Shown here piece by piece: positions 10,932 to 21,483 of a stretch of DNA of 64,000 bases; within the stretch, counting starts at the first letter, position 1, and each line of letters starts with the position of its first letter. The position numbers and the translations under genes were made by a program. Source of the stretch: a virus. Location: the IMG/VR virus record IMGVR_UViG_3300037205_000062, positions 98,912 through 162,911 of that record. One strand, given 5' to 3'. The notes below the pieces were generated by a model. That model ran no database searches and was not told the origin of the DNA. It worked only from the letters and a program-made list of their open reading frames with translations.

Positions 10932-11328
10932 TACAAAGTTTTTTAATAACTTCTATAGGTAAATCTTTAGGTAAATCATCTAATTCTTTTGGAAGTAGCC
11001 CTATTTCAATTCTTTTCTTTGTATCAATTAAACAGAGTAAATTCCAAGCCGCCGCAGTTAAATGAGGTTCATCATTTTGACCCCTCAAAGCTTTATTTAG
11101 ATGACGTTTAGCTGAATCCGCATATCTTGAAAGAGGTTGGCCTTTTTCCCAATTTCTTTCGCCGTACTTAATCGCTCCACCTTCAAAATGCTTTGCTATC
11201 TCTTCTTCCGCAAACATTGGTAGTAAATCAAATCTTCCTTTACCATCTCTAGTGTCTCTTCTCGAACCTGTATTAAATTCTTGTCTCTTACCAGAATCTT
11301 TAATTACAGGAGTTATTTTAGTAGTCAT
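10918..11328 (-). CDS. dATP/dGTP diphosphohydrolase-domain protein (DUF5664-like)
   Basis: GKGRFDLLP, GA.KYGERNWEKG, SA.RHL, EPHL.AAAWN. Confidence 0.85.
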   Translation of the reverse strand: MTTKITPVIKDSGKRQEFNTGSRRDTRDGKGRFDLLPMFAEEEIAKHFEGGAIKYGERNWEKGQPLSRYADSAKRHLNKALRGQNDEPHLTAAAWNLLCLIDTKKRIEIGLLPKELDDLPKDLPIEVIKKLCNEKQ

Positions 11329-11334
11329 ATATTA

Positions 11335-11363
11335 TAGACATTAAAAAGTACATGTTTATTCAA
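11335..11363 (-). promoter_or_regulatory. TTGAATA-N17-GTCTA promoter
   Basis: Same motif, just upstream of ATG 11328. Confidence 0.6.
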
Positions 11364-11446
11364 TTTTTATCGGATAAAAATTAATCCTTTCAGGATTTTC
11401 TTAAACCACCTTTCATTATTTAATAATATGTAATATATAACAGTGT

Positions 11447-11806
11447 GTTGACGCAGTTTCTCCCCTGAAAAGGTTTTTATAAAATATGTATTGGTTCAAG
11501 ATGCTGGTTGGCCTATCATCTTATGTATTTTATAACTATCCAACGGTCGTCACTTCCAGTTTAAGGTACTAACGTGACCCCATGTTTTTGACATGAAAAG
11601 ACTAATTTGAATTAACGTTTTATGTTCCATTCAATGCTTTATCAGTTTGTTGTTTATTCAGTTCGGCACGCAAGTAATATGCGTAATATCTGGCTCTCAC
11701 CAACTTGATTCCGTCTAACTGATGTCCGTTTCTAACCAATTTTCGGACTATTACTCAACAAGTGGCCGATTTTATATATCTACGAGCAATTTGTTGAATC
11801 GTCATA
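11447..11806. ncRNA. Candidate ~360-nt structured ncRNA (or origin) at the strand switch
   Basis: No long ORF; terminal TGACG/CGTCA pairing and at least 7 internal stems. Confidence 0.45.
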
Positions 11807-11846
11807 TTTATTAAGACACAAAAATACATCTTTTTATTCAAACTCA

Positions 11847-11874
11847 TTGAATATTTTTTTTCTATAACTGTCTA
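11847..11874 (+). promoter_or_regulatory. TTGAATA-N16-GTCTA promoter
   Basis: Same motif, upstream of ATG 11882. Confidence 0.6.
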
Positions 11875-11881
11875 TTTATAT

Positions 11882-12238
11882 ATGAACGAATTAGAATTTT
11901 TAAGTTTTATTATAGTTATACTTTATGTTTTATTTGACACGGATGCTATACCAGAATATCTTGGATTAATTGATAAAAATTGGTTTAAAATAAATGATTA
12001 TAATAAATTTAAACAAATAGGTTCAATTCCTTTGAGTTATCTTGAATGGTTATCATCTTTGTTTCCTAATAATTTTTTTCTCAAATTGCTATCTTGTTCT
12101 ACTTGTTTAATTCCTTGGTTAGTATTTTTATTTAATTTTTTGTGTAATCTTAATTGGAAAACGATAGGATATGAAATACTCATAGTTTGGGTAACTTATC
12201 CATTATTGAGAAGGATAATTAAGAAGTTATATGAATAG
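11882..12238 (+). CDS. Hypothetical membrane protein with CxxC
   Basis: Hydrophobic segments; LLSCSTCL..W. Confidence 0.55.
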   Translation: MNELEFLSFIIVILYVLFDTDAIPEYLGLIDKNWFKINDYNKFKQIGSIPLSYLEWLSSLFPNNFFLKLLSCSTCLIPWLVFLFNFLCNLNWKTIGYEILIVWVTYPLLRRIIKKLYE

Positions 12239-12689
12239 TATTATATTTAACAGGATACAGGAACAACAAAAACACAATTCAATTTCTAAACCTAAAATTG
12301 TAACAAATAAACCAATTATTGAACCAATTAGTCCTGAAAAATTACAAAACGAATTAGAACATTTATTTCAAGTAGAACAAGTAAATAATTCTATTATTGA
12401 AAAGAAAAATATTCAAGAATTTCCAGACTTATTTCATTTTGTAGAATGGTATTTAGGAAAAGAAAGTCTTTTTTTAGAAAAGCAAAATGAAGCACTAAAA
12501 ACTTTAGTACAAGCAAGAGATTTAATTAATGTTGGTTGCGCTTGTAAGAGAACTCAAAGAATTGAAGCGGCGCATAATTATTTTAAGATTTTTTGGGCTA
12601 ATAACGCTAAAACTAATTTAGTATCATCAGTATTACAAGCATGTAAAACTGAATCTGTTTTATTTGGTAATTTTCTACATTATCCATAA
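12231..12689 (+). CDS. Hypothetical protein
   Basis: Coupled ORF, GCACKR motif. Confidence 0.5.
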   Translation: MNSIIFNRIQEQQKHNSISKPKIVTNKPIIEPISPEKLQNELEHLFQVEQVNNSIIEKKNIQEFPDLFHFVEWYLGKESLFLEKQNEALKTLVQARDLINVGCACKRTQRIEAAHNYFKIFWANNAKTNLVSSVLQACKTESVLFGNFLHYP

Positions 12690-12769
12690 TACACATAAAA
12701 AGTTCATTTATAAATAAATGATTTTTTCCTTGCGTTTTAAGTAAAACTAATGTAATATAATTTTATCAT

Positions 12770-14917
12770 ATGACAATAAATAAAGAGGTTGAAAAGGTTG
12801 GGGTAGATTATTTGGAAGAAATATCAAATTTTATATTTTTAAGTAAATATAGTAGATATAACGAAAAATTAGGAAGACGTGAATCTTGGAATGAGGCAGT
12901 TTCTAGGGTAGAAAACATGCATTTGAAAAAGTATTACTTCTTATCTGATAAGGATAAACAAGAAATTAATCAATCTTTTGATTTAGTTAGAAGTAAGATG
13001 GTAGTTCCATCAATGCGTTCATTACAATTTGGTGGTAAAGCTATTGAAGCTAAAAATGAAAAAATTTATAATTGTTGCGTAAGACATATTGATTCTATTC
13101 GTTCGTTCGCGGAGGTTCTTTATTTACTATTATGTGGTTGTGGTGTTGGATTAGGTATTTCAAAGTATTTTTTAAACAGACTTTCTTTTTTGGCAAATGA
13201 AAAAGATAAAACTGGTTCTATTTTAACTTATACAGTTACAGATAGTATAGAAGGATGGTCTGATTCAGTTGAAGTATTATTAATGTCCTTTTTTAAAAAT
13301 ACTCCATTAACAGGACGAAAAGTAGTATTTGATTATAGTAAAATTCGCGCCGAAGGAGAATCACTTAAAACTAGCGGAGGTAAAGCACCTGGATATAAAG
13401 GTTTGAAACAATGTCATAAAAAAATAAAGGAATTATTAGATCATGTTATTGAATATAAACATCAATCAAGACTTAAAACAATTGATGCTTATGATATTAT
13501 CATGCATTGTGCTGATGCTACATTAAGTGGCGGAGTAAGACGTTCTGCTACTAGTGTTATATTTGATAAAAATGATGAAGATATGATTAATGCTAAGGCT
13601 AAATTTAAGGTCGATAAGGTTTTTCATTTTAGTCATATTGGTGAGGAAACTGTTGGAGGGTTTACTAATAAAATTTACGAGGGCAAAATTAATTTTGAAG
13701 GTTCAAGATATGAAATTCAAATTAAGGAATATGAACTTGAAGATTTAAAAAATAATTTGGTAAGTTGGAATCATTTATTTCCACAAAGAGCAAGATCAAA
13801 TAATAGCGTTTTATTATTAAGGGACAAAACTACGCAAGAGGAATTTGCGAAAATTATTGAAAGGACTAAACAGTTTGGAGAGCCAGGTTTTGTATGGGGA
13901 AATCATCCTTGGCAACTTTTTAATCCATGTTTTGAGATTGGTTTTATTCCAGTTACCAAAGATGGAATTTGTGGTGTGCAATTTTGTAATTTAACCTCAC
14001 AAAATGGTAGAAAAATTACTTCTAAAGAAGAATTTAAGAAATCTGTTATATCTGCCACGATTATTGGAACTTTACAAGCTGGATATACTCATTTTCCATA
14101 TCTTTCTAAGGTTTCGGAAGATTTAACGAAAGAAGAATCCCTTTTAGGAGTTAGCATAACTGGCATGATGGACAATCCTGATATTTTATTAAATCCAGAA
14201 TATCAAAAAGAAATGGCCGAATTATCTATAGAAGTTAATAAAATTTGGAGCCAAAAACTTCAAATAAATCAAGCGGCCAGAATTACTTGTGTTAAACCAG
14301 AAGGAACATCTAGTCTTATTTTGGGTACTGGTTCTGGTATTCACGCGCATCACGCTCGTAAATATTTTAGACGAGTACAAGTAAATAAGCTAGAAACCAT
14401 TTATAAATATTTTAAGAAATTTAATCAACATTTATCTGAACCCTCTGTATGGTCCGCTAATAAAACTGATGATGTAATCTGTTTCCCAATTGAAGTTTCG
14501 CCAAGAGCTATGATTAAAAAGGATTTGAGCGCTATTAAGCATTTAGATTATATTAAGTCTACTCAAGAGAATTGGGTCTTATCTGGCGTAACCAAAGCTA
14601 ATCAAAAACCAATTGAACATAATGTAAGTTGTACTATTATTGTTAAAGATAATGAATGGAATGATGTAATCAAATATATATTTAATAATAAAAATTATTT
14701 TGCCGCCATTTCATTTTTACCAGATGGTAGTGACAAAGTTTACCAACAGGCTCCAATGGAAGCTATTGTAGATGAAAAAGATGAATTAAATTGGAAAAAT
14801 ATTATAAATAATTTCCATAGCGTTGATTACAAGCAACTTAAAGAAACCGATGATAATACTGCTCCAAGCCAAGAAATAGTTTGCGCTGGAGATAAATGTA
14901 GTATTGTAACTATATAA
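12770..14917 (+). CDS. nrdJ: Class II (B12-dependent) ribonucleoside-triphosphate reductase
   Basis: PSMRSLQFGG, YNC, GGVRRSA, NPCFEI, FCNL, TCVKPEGT, C-terminal CAGDKC. Confidence 0.93.
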   Translation: MTINKEVEKVGVDYLEEISNFIFLSKYSRYNEKLGRRESWNEAVSRVENMHLKKYYFLSDKDKQEINQSFDLVRSKMVVPSMRSLQFGGKAIEAKNEKIYNCCVRHIDSIRSFAEVLYLLLCGCGVGLGISKYFLNRLSFLANEKDKTGSILTYTVTDSIEGWSDSVEVLLMSFFKNTPLTGRKVVFDYSKIRAEGESLKTSGGKAPGYKGLKQCHKKIKELLDHVIEYKHQSRLKTIDAYDIIMHCADATLSGGVRRSATSVIFDKNDEDMINAKAKFKVDKVFHFSHIGEETVGGFTNKIYEGKINFEGSRYEIQIKEYELEDLKNNLVSWNHLFPQRARSNNSVLLLRDKTTQEEFAKIIERTKQFGEPGFVWGNHPWQLFNPCFEIGFIPVTKDGICGVQFCNLTSQNGRKITSKEEFKKSVISATIIGTLQAGYTHFPYLSKVSEDLTKEESLLGVSITGMMDNPDILLNPEYQKEMAELSIEVNKIWSQKLQINQAARITCVKPEGTSSLILGTGSGIHAHHARKYFRRVQVNKLETIYKYFKKFNQHLSEPSVWSANKTDDVICFPIEVSPRAMIKKDLSAIKHLDYIKSTQENWVLSGVTKANQKPIEHNVSCTIIVKDNEWNDVIKYIFNNKNYFAAISFLPDGSDKVYQQAPMEAIVDEKDELNWKNIINNFHSVDYKQLKETDDNTAPSQEIVCAGDKCSIVTI

Positions 14918-14957
14918 TTCTTGACAAATAAGTAAATTTGTGTAATACTTAAATATC

Positions 14958-15343
14958 GGGGATGAAAGGTTTCGATTAATAGTATTGAGACTAAGTAGCA
15001 CGCACTGGATTACTGTTGGCCAGTTAAAACATCAGTAAAAACATTAAATGCTAAATCAGCACTTAAATCACTTGTTAGCAAGAGCTTCCTAAAGCTTGCG
15101 CCTCAAGCTGAACTAGCAGTAGCCTAATTAAGACTACTCCATCAACCAAAAGATGCTCGATATTTTGGAAGATGAACTATGCGAGCAAAAAACCTTAGAT
15201 TAATTGGGGTTTAGAATTCAATTAATATAATTGTATTTAATTTTGTTATTTTTAGAATACAATAAGAATTAAAAAATAAACAAGCGTGTAGAGCTAAATT
15301 GATATGTTATTAAGACCCGTCTTCAATGACGGCATCTCCACCA
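14958..15343 (+). ncRNA. ssrA: tmRNA; tag (A)AKSALKSLVSKSFLKLAPQAELAVA at 15050-15127
   Basis: GGGGATG/CATCTCC-ACCA acceptor with G3:U70, GGTTTCGA 5' motif, TTAAAT-GCT resume context, tag ending LAVA. Confidence 0.92.
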
Positions 15344-15365
15344 TTGTAAGGCTAGGGATTATAAT

Positions 15366-15400
15366 AAACCCATTCTTTTTGAATAAGATTGGGTTTTTTT
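15366..15400 (+). terminator. Intrinsic terminator after tmRNA (overlaps a TTGAATA..GTCTA promoter)
   Basis: AAACCCA/TGGGTTT stem plus T-tract. Confidence 0.6.
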
Positions 15401-16496
15401 GTGTCTATATATTATGGGCGAGCAATATAAATTAATAGCAATTAAACGAAAATATATTCCAGAATGGTTATTTTTTGTTATGTCAGTACCAATTGATTTT
15501 ATTAGTCCAAAATGGCTCCCATTTAGGTATTTATTTACTACTCCAATAGAATAAAAGTATGCCCGAATCTGACTTACAAAAGGAAATGTTAAGAGAGGCT
15601 AATTTAATACTTGATAGTATAGATTGGTTAGAAAATCAAATAGATAAAAAAATAATTTTATTTGATAAGGCTATGGAAATTAGTGATTTTGAGGTATTAA
15701 AAAATGTTGAATTAGAAATAGAAACCTTATTATTAAAACTCCATAAAGAGGAAGAAAATATGGATAATTATATGATAAAATATAGAAAGCTAATTAAAGA
15801 TGAAAAAGAAAAAATTCTACACAATCCTAAGTAAAATTACCAGACATATTTATGGAGCTTTTGAAAGAAACAAAGAGGGTTTGCTTCAAGCTAAAAAATA
15901 TAAAGAAAAGCTGAAAAAAGAAACTAAAATAGATTTTATAATAAAATGAGTAAAAATAATATAAATGCTTCATGTATTTGTGGTAGTTCAACTAAGACAC
16001 TTGACATGGATAATATAAATAAAATAAATGAATTATTGAATGTTCTTATCGCTTTTGAATATCATAAAGATCAAGAGGAAAAGAAAAATAACGTTAATTT
16101 AAGTGGTCAATCTTTTACTTTATTTCATTTAATACAACTTAAAGAACTTATTGATAAAGAGTATAATTTGAAATAATACATATGATTACTTTGAGCTTGA
16201 TTAAAGAATTATTTTTTATTTCACTTTACATTAAAAAAATCGTAAGTGTGACGTTTAATATAAAATATAATCTTGATGTTAAAGTAACTCCAGATGGATT
16301 TTTGACTATTTATTATAATGGCAACTATATTTGGCGTGAATTAATAGAGGGGCCAACTTCAATGTTTGGCGTAGAATCATGCGACGCAATTTCTCGTATT
16401 ATTGCTTGTATTGATTCTAATGATTCTTCTTGGCCTAAATATAGGTTCATTCAATAAAATCTTGACATTTATATAAGAGTAATTTATACTTCTTAT

Positions 16497-17036
16497 ATGT
16501 TAGGTACACTAAATAGAACAAGATGTTACTTGGTTGGTTCTATGGAATTCTCAAACGGCCAACCATGGAGAAATTATGTTAAAGAACACTTAAAAGAGAC
16601 TGGAATAATTTTTTTCGATCCTTATCATAAGCCATTTATCTCTTCTATTGAAGAAGATGATGAAGCGAGGAAAGATTTCAAAAACTGGATGCAAGAGGAG
16701 CAATACGATAAAATGGCTAAATTTATGCGTATGATTCGTGCCGATGATCTTAGACTATGCGATTTAAGTGATTTTTTTATAGTTCAAATTAATCCACAGG
16801 TAGCTTCATGGGGTTCAGCAGAAGAATTGACAACGATTAATAGACAAAAAAAACCTGTTTTTATTTTTATAGAAGGTGGCAAAAACAAATGTCCAATATG
16901 GATTATGGGTATGATACCTCACAAATACATTTACAATAATGTTGATGAAATTTTAGAAGTTATAAACAATATTCATTCTGGAGCAAAAGAAATAGATAGT
17001 GATAGATGGCATCTTCTAAAAACAGAATATAGATAA
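16497..17036 (+). CDS. Nucleoside 2-deoxyribosyltransferase-like protein
   Basis: CYLVGSM, WR, FDP, DL..CD.SDF, SWGSAEE. Confidence 0.7.
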   Translation: MLGTLNRTRCYLVGSMEFSNGQPWRNYVKEHLKETGIIFFDPYHKPFISSIEEDDEARKDFKNWMQEEQYDKMAKFMRMIRADDLRLCDLSDFFIVQINPQVASWGSAEELTTINRQKKPVFIFIEGGKNKCPIWIMGMIPHKYIYNNVDEILEVINNIHSGAKEIDSDRWHLLKTEYR

Positions 17037-17037
17037 T

Positions 17038-17685
17038 ATGGAAAATACTAATAATAGTTTATTGATTGACAAAATCAAAAACGGTGATATTCAGGCATTT
17101 CAAGAATTTTTAGAAGAAAACTTTAAAAAATCTAAATGTATTATTCAGAAACAATATAGATTATCTTATCACGACTTAGAAGATATTATACAAATAACTA
17201 GCTTAAAAGCTTGGAAATCTATAAGAAATCTTAAAAAAATTAATGAACCTTATAATTGGTTTTTTTCAATATTTAAAAATGAGACAATTAGATTTCTTGT
17301 TCATAAAAATGAAATAGAAAAAAATGAAATATCTGATTTAACTTTTTCGGAGGAAATTGATTTCTGTAAAAATGATAACATTTACCATCTTACGGTGTTA
17401 GACCAAATATTAAATGATACGGCCAAAACTTTTCTTGAAAAGAAAGAGGATATTGAAGAATATAAAAGGGTTATTCATTATATGATGACTAAACTTAAAA
17501 AAAATCATAAGGAAATTATTGAATTAATTTTAGTTCAAGAAAAATCCTATAAAGAAGCTTCAGATATTTTGAAAATTCCGTTAGGATCAATTATGAGTAG
17601 ATTACATTATGCGAAGTTAGAAGCGCAAAAAATTATCAATGAATATTCAAAGAGTATTAACATCGAACTTGCTATCTTGGGATGA
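17038..17685 (+). CDS. ECF-type (sigma-24-like) sigma factor
   Basis: GD..AF..F, DLEDIIQ...LKAW, SYKEASDILKIPLGSIMSRLHYAK. Confidence 0.85.
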   Translation: MENTNNSLLIDKIKNGDIQAFQEFLEENFKKSKCIIQKQYRLSYHDLEDIIQITSLKAWKSIRNLKKINEPYNWFFSIFKNETIRFLVHKNEIEKNEISDLTFSEEIDFCKNDNIYHLTVLDQILNDTAKTFLEKKEDIEEYKRVIHYMMTKLKKNHKEIIELILVQEKSYKEASDILKIPLGSIMSRLHYAKLEAQKIINEYSKSINIELAILG

Positions 17686-18364
17686 ACCTATTGGGGTTCC
17701 TTTTCCAGAACATCTAAGACTTTTAGTAGAGTCTATAGATTGGAAATCTACTACTTGGCAATCATTTGGTTTGCCAGTTCATTTAGGTAAATATTCTATT
17801 GTGGGAAAACTACTATATTTAGATGAATTAGCTGATGGCACCCAGAAAGTTGTTAGAGAAGAAATAACTGGTACTATTTATGCTAGTGTTCTTTTAATGG
17901 ATAATATAGATTTTGGAACATCACATTATGCTATTACTTTTTCTATTACCTTTGTTAAAGGAGAAATATTAGAAATTAAATTAGCTGAATTACAATCATT
18001 AGATAAGGTTGAATATAATAAAAATATACAAAATTTTCAAAATAGTTTTAAGAAAAAACTAAAGTTTAAAAATTCTTGGTTTTATAAAAACATTTATATT
18101 CCATATTATTTTATACTTAAGGCTATATTTTTTATTCCTTTATGGATTTTAATGTCTTTACAATATTTGGTTGTTGGATTATTTAAGTTACTAACTTGGT
18201 CATGGAATGAATAAAATTTATAAAATAAAAAAGCTACATGAATTACCCGAAGACCCATTGGGTGTCGATAAAAAGAAAAGAGATAAAATTGAGGAAGCTA
18301 TGGGCAAAAAGTTTACTGATGCGGAATGGATAAATTATAAATTAATGATTTTAGGATTAAAAAG

Positions 18365-19333
18365 ATGAAATATTTATCATATCAAGATGTATTATTAGTG
18401 GCTAATTATTCAGAATTAGAGACTAGGGATAACGCTGATGCTTCTGTAGAATTATGTGGATTTAAGTTTAAACTTCCAATAGTTCCATCGAATATGTTAG
18501 ATGTAATAAATCCATTGTTAGCAAAATATTTATCAAATAATGGATATTTTTATATTTATCATAGATTTGGAAAAGGTTTTGATGTTAATCTAACAGATAA
18601 TTTGAATACTGTTTATTTTGTTAAAATTGCCAACAAAGAGAAATGGTCATTAATTAGTATTTCTACTGGTATTAACCAAGATTCTTTGAAAGAGTTAATG
18701 ACTATTAAAGCTTTAAGGTTACGTGTTGATTTTATTACTATTGACGTTGCTCATGCTCATCATATTAAAGTAAAACAGCAAATAAAATGGATTAGAGAGA
18801 ATTTACCAAATACTAAAATCATAGCTGGAAATGTAATGACTTCTCAAGCTTGTATTGATTTAAAAGAATGGGGGGCAGATGTTTTAAAGATTGGCGTTGG
18901 GCAAGGTTCAATTTGTACGACACGTTTTCAAACTGGTTTTTCTATGCCTATGTTTAGTTGTATTCAAGAATGTAATTGTTGTGATTTTAATGTTCTCCCT
19001 ATTATTGCTGATGGCGGAATACAAACTATAGGTGATATATCTAAAGCTTTGGTGGCAGGGGCCAAGATGGTTATGAGTGGAAAACTATTTGCTTCATGTA
19101 TTGACTCTCCAGCCCAAATACTTGATGGGAAGAAACAATATCGTGGTTCCACGTCATTTGCGGTTAAAAAACACAATAAACATATCGAGGGTAAAACTAT
19201 TGATTTAGAAGCTGATATTACTTTTGCCGAACGTCTTCAAGAGATAAAAGAAGCGATTCAGTCATCAATTTCGTATGCGGGTGGGAAAAATTTAGATTCA
19301 TTTAAAAAAGTCAAATGGATTGAAATCACATGA
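18365..19333 (+). CDS. guaC: GMP reductase
   Basis: ITIDVAHAH, IAGNV, KIGVGQGSICTT, IIADGG, SSISYAG. Confidence 0.9.
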   Translation: MKYLSYQDVLLVANYSELETRDNADASVELCGFKFKLPIVPSNMLDVINPLLAKYLSNNGYFYIYHRFGKGFDVNLTDNLNTVYFVKIANKEKWSLISISTGINQDSLKELMTIKALRLRVDFITIDVAHAHHIKVKQQIKWIRENLPNTKIIAGNVMTSQACIDLKEWGADVLKIGVGQGSICTTRFQTGFSMPMFSCIQECNCCDFNVLPIIADGGIQTIGDISKALVAGAKMVMSGKLFASCIDSPAQILDGKKQYRGSTSFAVKKHNKHIEGKTIDLEADITFAERLQEIKEAIQSSISYAGGKNLDSFKKVKWIEIT

Positions 19334-19708
19334 AACATAATATTGAACAATTAGAGGCGAAAATTGACAATCTTATTTTAGAAGCACAAAATAAAATTAA
19401 AGATGTTGTATCTGGTAAATTACATACAGATAATGATATAGAATTAAATTTAATAGTTAATGAAGTAAAAAAAATTATTAAAAAACTTAAGAAATTAAAA
19501 AAGGAATTAATAGAATGGTAAATAAAATACTTTTACAAGAGAAAGAAGTTACTGATCATTTAATGAATGCTTGGGAACTTTTTTGCCAATTAGAACAAAC
19601 GCACCCTTGCCATGGACCAGATTTTTGCGATGGAATACATAAGTGTCAACAAATCATTATGTGGCGCGAATGTCAAAGAAATAATCCAGAAAAATATCCC
19701 ATGAAAAT

Positions 19709-20197
19709 ATGAATCTTTTTGTATTGGATAGAATGCCAGATAAGGCTGCCCAGTATAATTGTGACAGTCATGTTAGAAAAATTATTTTGGAAGCTACCGA
19801 AATGATGGGTTGCGCTTATGATGATGGAGATTTTGCCCCTTGGCCTTGGGTATCTAAATCAAAATTTGTAAATCATCCAATGTCGTATTGGGTAAGAGAA
19901 AATCGTCATAATTTTTCTTGGACACTAGAACATGCTTATGCTCTTTGTAGTGAATTTGAATATCGTTTTGGAAAACCGCATAAATGTTTCCAATATTTAG
20001 ATTGGATTTCTCATAATATTCCAATAAATAATTTATCTGATGATAAACAAAGTGATTGGCCAAGATGTTTTGGTTATTGGAAAGAAGATATTGAAATAAC
20101 TAATGATGCCATACAAGATTATAGAAAATATTATCGCTTGGCAAAACGTCATTTAATGATTTATACGAAAAGAAATTTGCCAGAATGGTATTATTAA
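19709..20197 (+). CDS. Pyrimidine-dimer DNA glycosylase-like protein
   Basis: MNLFVLD..P..AA, HVRK.ILE, NHP...W, EFEYRFGK.H. Confidence 0.7.
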   Translation: MNLFVLDRMPDKAAQYNCDSHVRKIILEATEMMGCAYDDGDFAPWPWVSKSKFVNHPMSYWVRENRHNFSWTLEHAYALCSEFEYRFGKPHKCFQYLDWISHNIPINNLSDDKQSDWPRCFGYWKEDIEITNDAIQDYRKYYRLAKRHLMIYTKRNLPEWYY

Positions 20198-20234
20198 TAC
20201 TTGACAAGAATATAAATAAATCTTATAATTAGAT

Positions 20235-20561
20235 ATGAAGTTACCTTTAATTAATGGTGAAGTTGACACTGATAAACTCAACGATAAAGATGCGGCGATA
20301 TATGAATCCATCATAAACTTCTATGATGTTTGTAAAAAATATAACGTTACTGGTTTCGCGAAACTAATTCTACAAGAAGAAAATGGACTAAGTATGTTAC
20401 ATATTCCAGATGAAAATGATGAAGTGCGAGCTAGAGAATATACCAAACTTATTACCTATCTTTCAGAATGGATTAATAAAACTAGCGGGGGGAGATTAAT
20501 AGTTATTGATACTCAGAAGGATTCTGAATCACAAGAATCAGATGATGAAAAAAATACTTGA
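20235..20561 (+). CDS. Hypothetical protein, paralog of 28852-29151
   Basis: Shared INGE.(V)DT.KL.D start and (T/Q)SGG(R/K) near end. Confidence 0.55.
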   Translation: MKLPLINGEVDTDKLNDKDAAIYESIINFYDVCKKYNVTGFAKLILQEENGLSMLHIPDENDEVRAREYTKLITYLSEWINKTSGGRLIVIDTQKDSESQESDDEKNT

Positions 20562-20596
20562 CAAAAGTATAAATAAAATATATTGTTTTTTTGTAA

Positions 20597-21220
20597 ATGA
20601 ATATACAAACAATAAAAGTAGAGCAATTTCCTTTAATTATTATTACTGATAGTCATTGTAATTTAGAAAATATAAGAAAATTACAAGAATTATATCCAAA
20701 AAATGAGATTATCTCATTGGGAGACATTACTACTTTATGGAAACAGAGAGAAGAATTTAATAAATTTTCAATAGATTTTTTTATTAATAGTAAAATTTGT
20801 ACTCTATTGGGAAACCATGAGGATTTTATTTTAGCGGTGGATAAAAATGATAGGAATATTATTAGTAATGTAACAAATAAAAATTTACAAAAATACAATT
20901 TAGAAAAATATCACATTGATTTTTTGTCGTCTTTACCTATTGGTTTTAAGTTAGATTTTCTTAATGGCAATTATTATTTAGCATTTCATAATTTTCCTAA
21001 TGATTTATGGGGTTTTAGCGATAACATTACTAAGGAAAAATTCTTAGATAGTTATTCTGTGGTATGTAGTAATTGTATCGGGGTTTTAGTTGGTCATAAT
21101 CATAAAAGTTTTATAAAAACATTTGAGGGTATTTTTACTAAACTTATTGGAATTGGCGCGCTAAAGGACAAAGATTACGCCATACTGAATGAAGGAGGGA
21201 TACAATTTAAATCATTATGA
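20597..21220 (+). CDS. Calcineurin-like metallophosphoesterase
   Basis: DSH, GD, GNHE, H, GHNH motifs. Confidence 0.85.
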   Translation: MNIQTIKVEQFPLIIITDSHCNLENIRKLQELYPKNEIISLGDITTLWKQREEFNKFSIDFFINSKICTLLGNHEDFILAVDKNDRNIISNVTNKNLQKYNLEKYHIDFLSSLPIGFKLDFLNGNYYLAFHNFPNDLWGFSDNITKEKFLDSYSVVCSNCIGVLVGHNHKSFIKTFEGIFTKLIGIGALKDKDYAILNEGGIQFKSL

Positions 21221-21483
21221 TTTATTATGATACTATAAATAGTTTATTTGAAATTTCTGCTGGTTTTATTTTTTGGTTTAATATAGTCGAAATAACAATA
21301 GATAAACAAGTAAAAGGAATATCATTTTGTGCCTGTATATATTTTTTGATATGGGCATATTGGAATATTTATTATTATTTTAGCATAGGACAAACTTATT
21401 CATTTTGGGGTGCTGTGTTTTTAGCTATGCCAAATACTATTTGGATATTGTTGGTAATGAAATATAAGAGAAAAAAATTATGA
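21217..21483 (+). CDS. PQ-loop/SemiSWEET-like small membrane protein
   Basis: Three hydrophobic helices, K.VKGIS. Confidence 0.45.
   Translation: MIYYDTINSLFEISAGFIFWFNIVEITIDKQVKGISFCACIYFLIWAYWNIYYYFSIGQTYSFWGAVFLAMPNTIWILLVMKYKRKKL

Noticed and set aside
12770-14917. Intein or intron in NrdJ
   Set aside because: The frame is continuous and the insert lacks splicing motifs.
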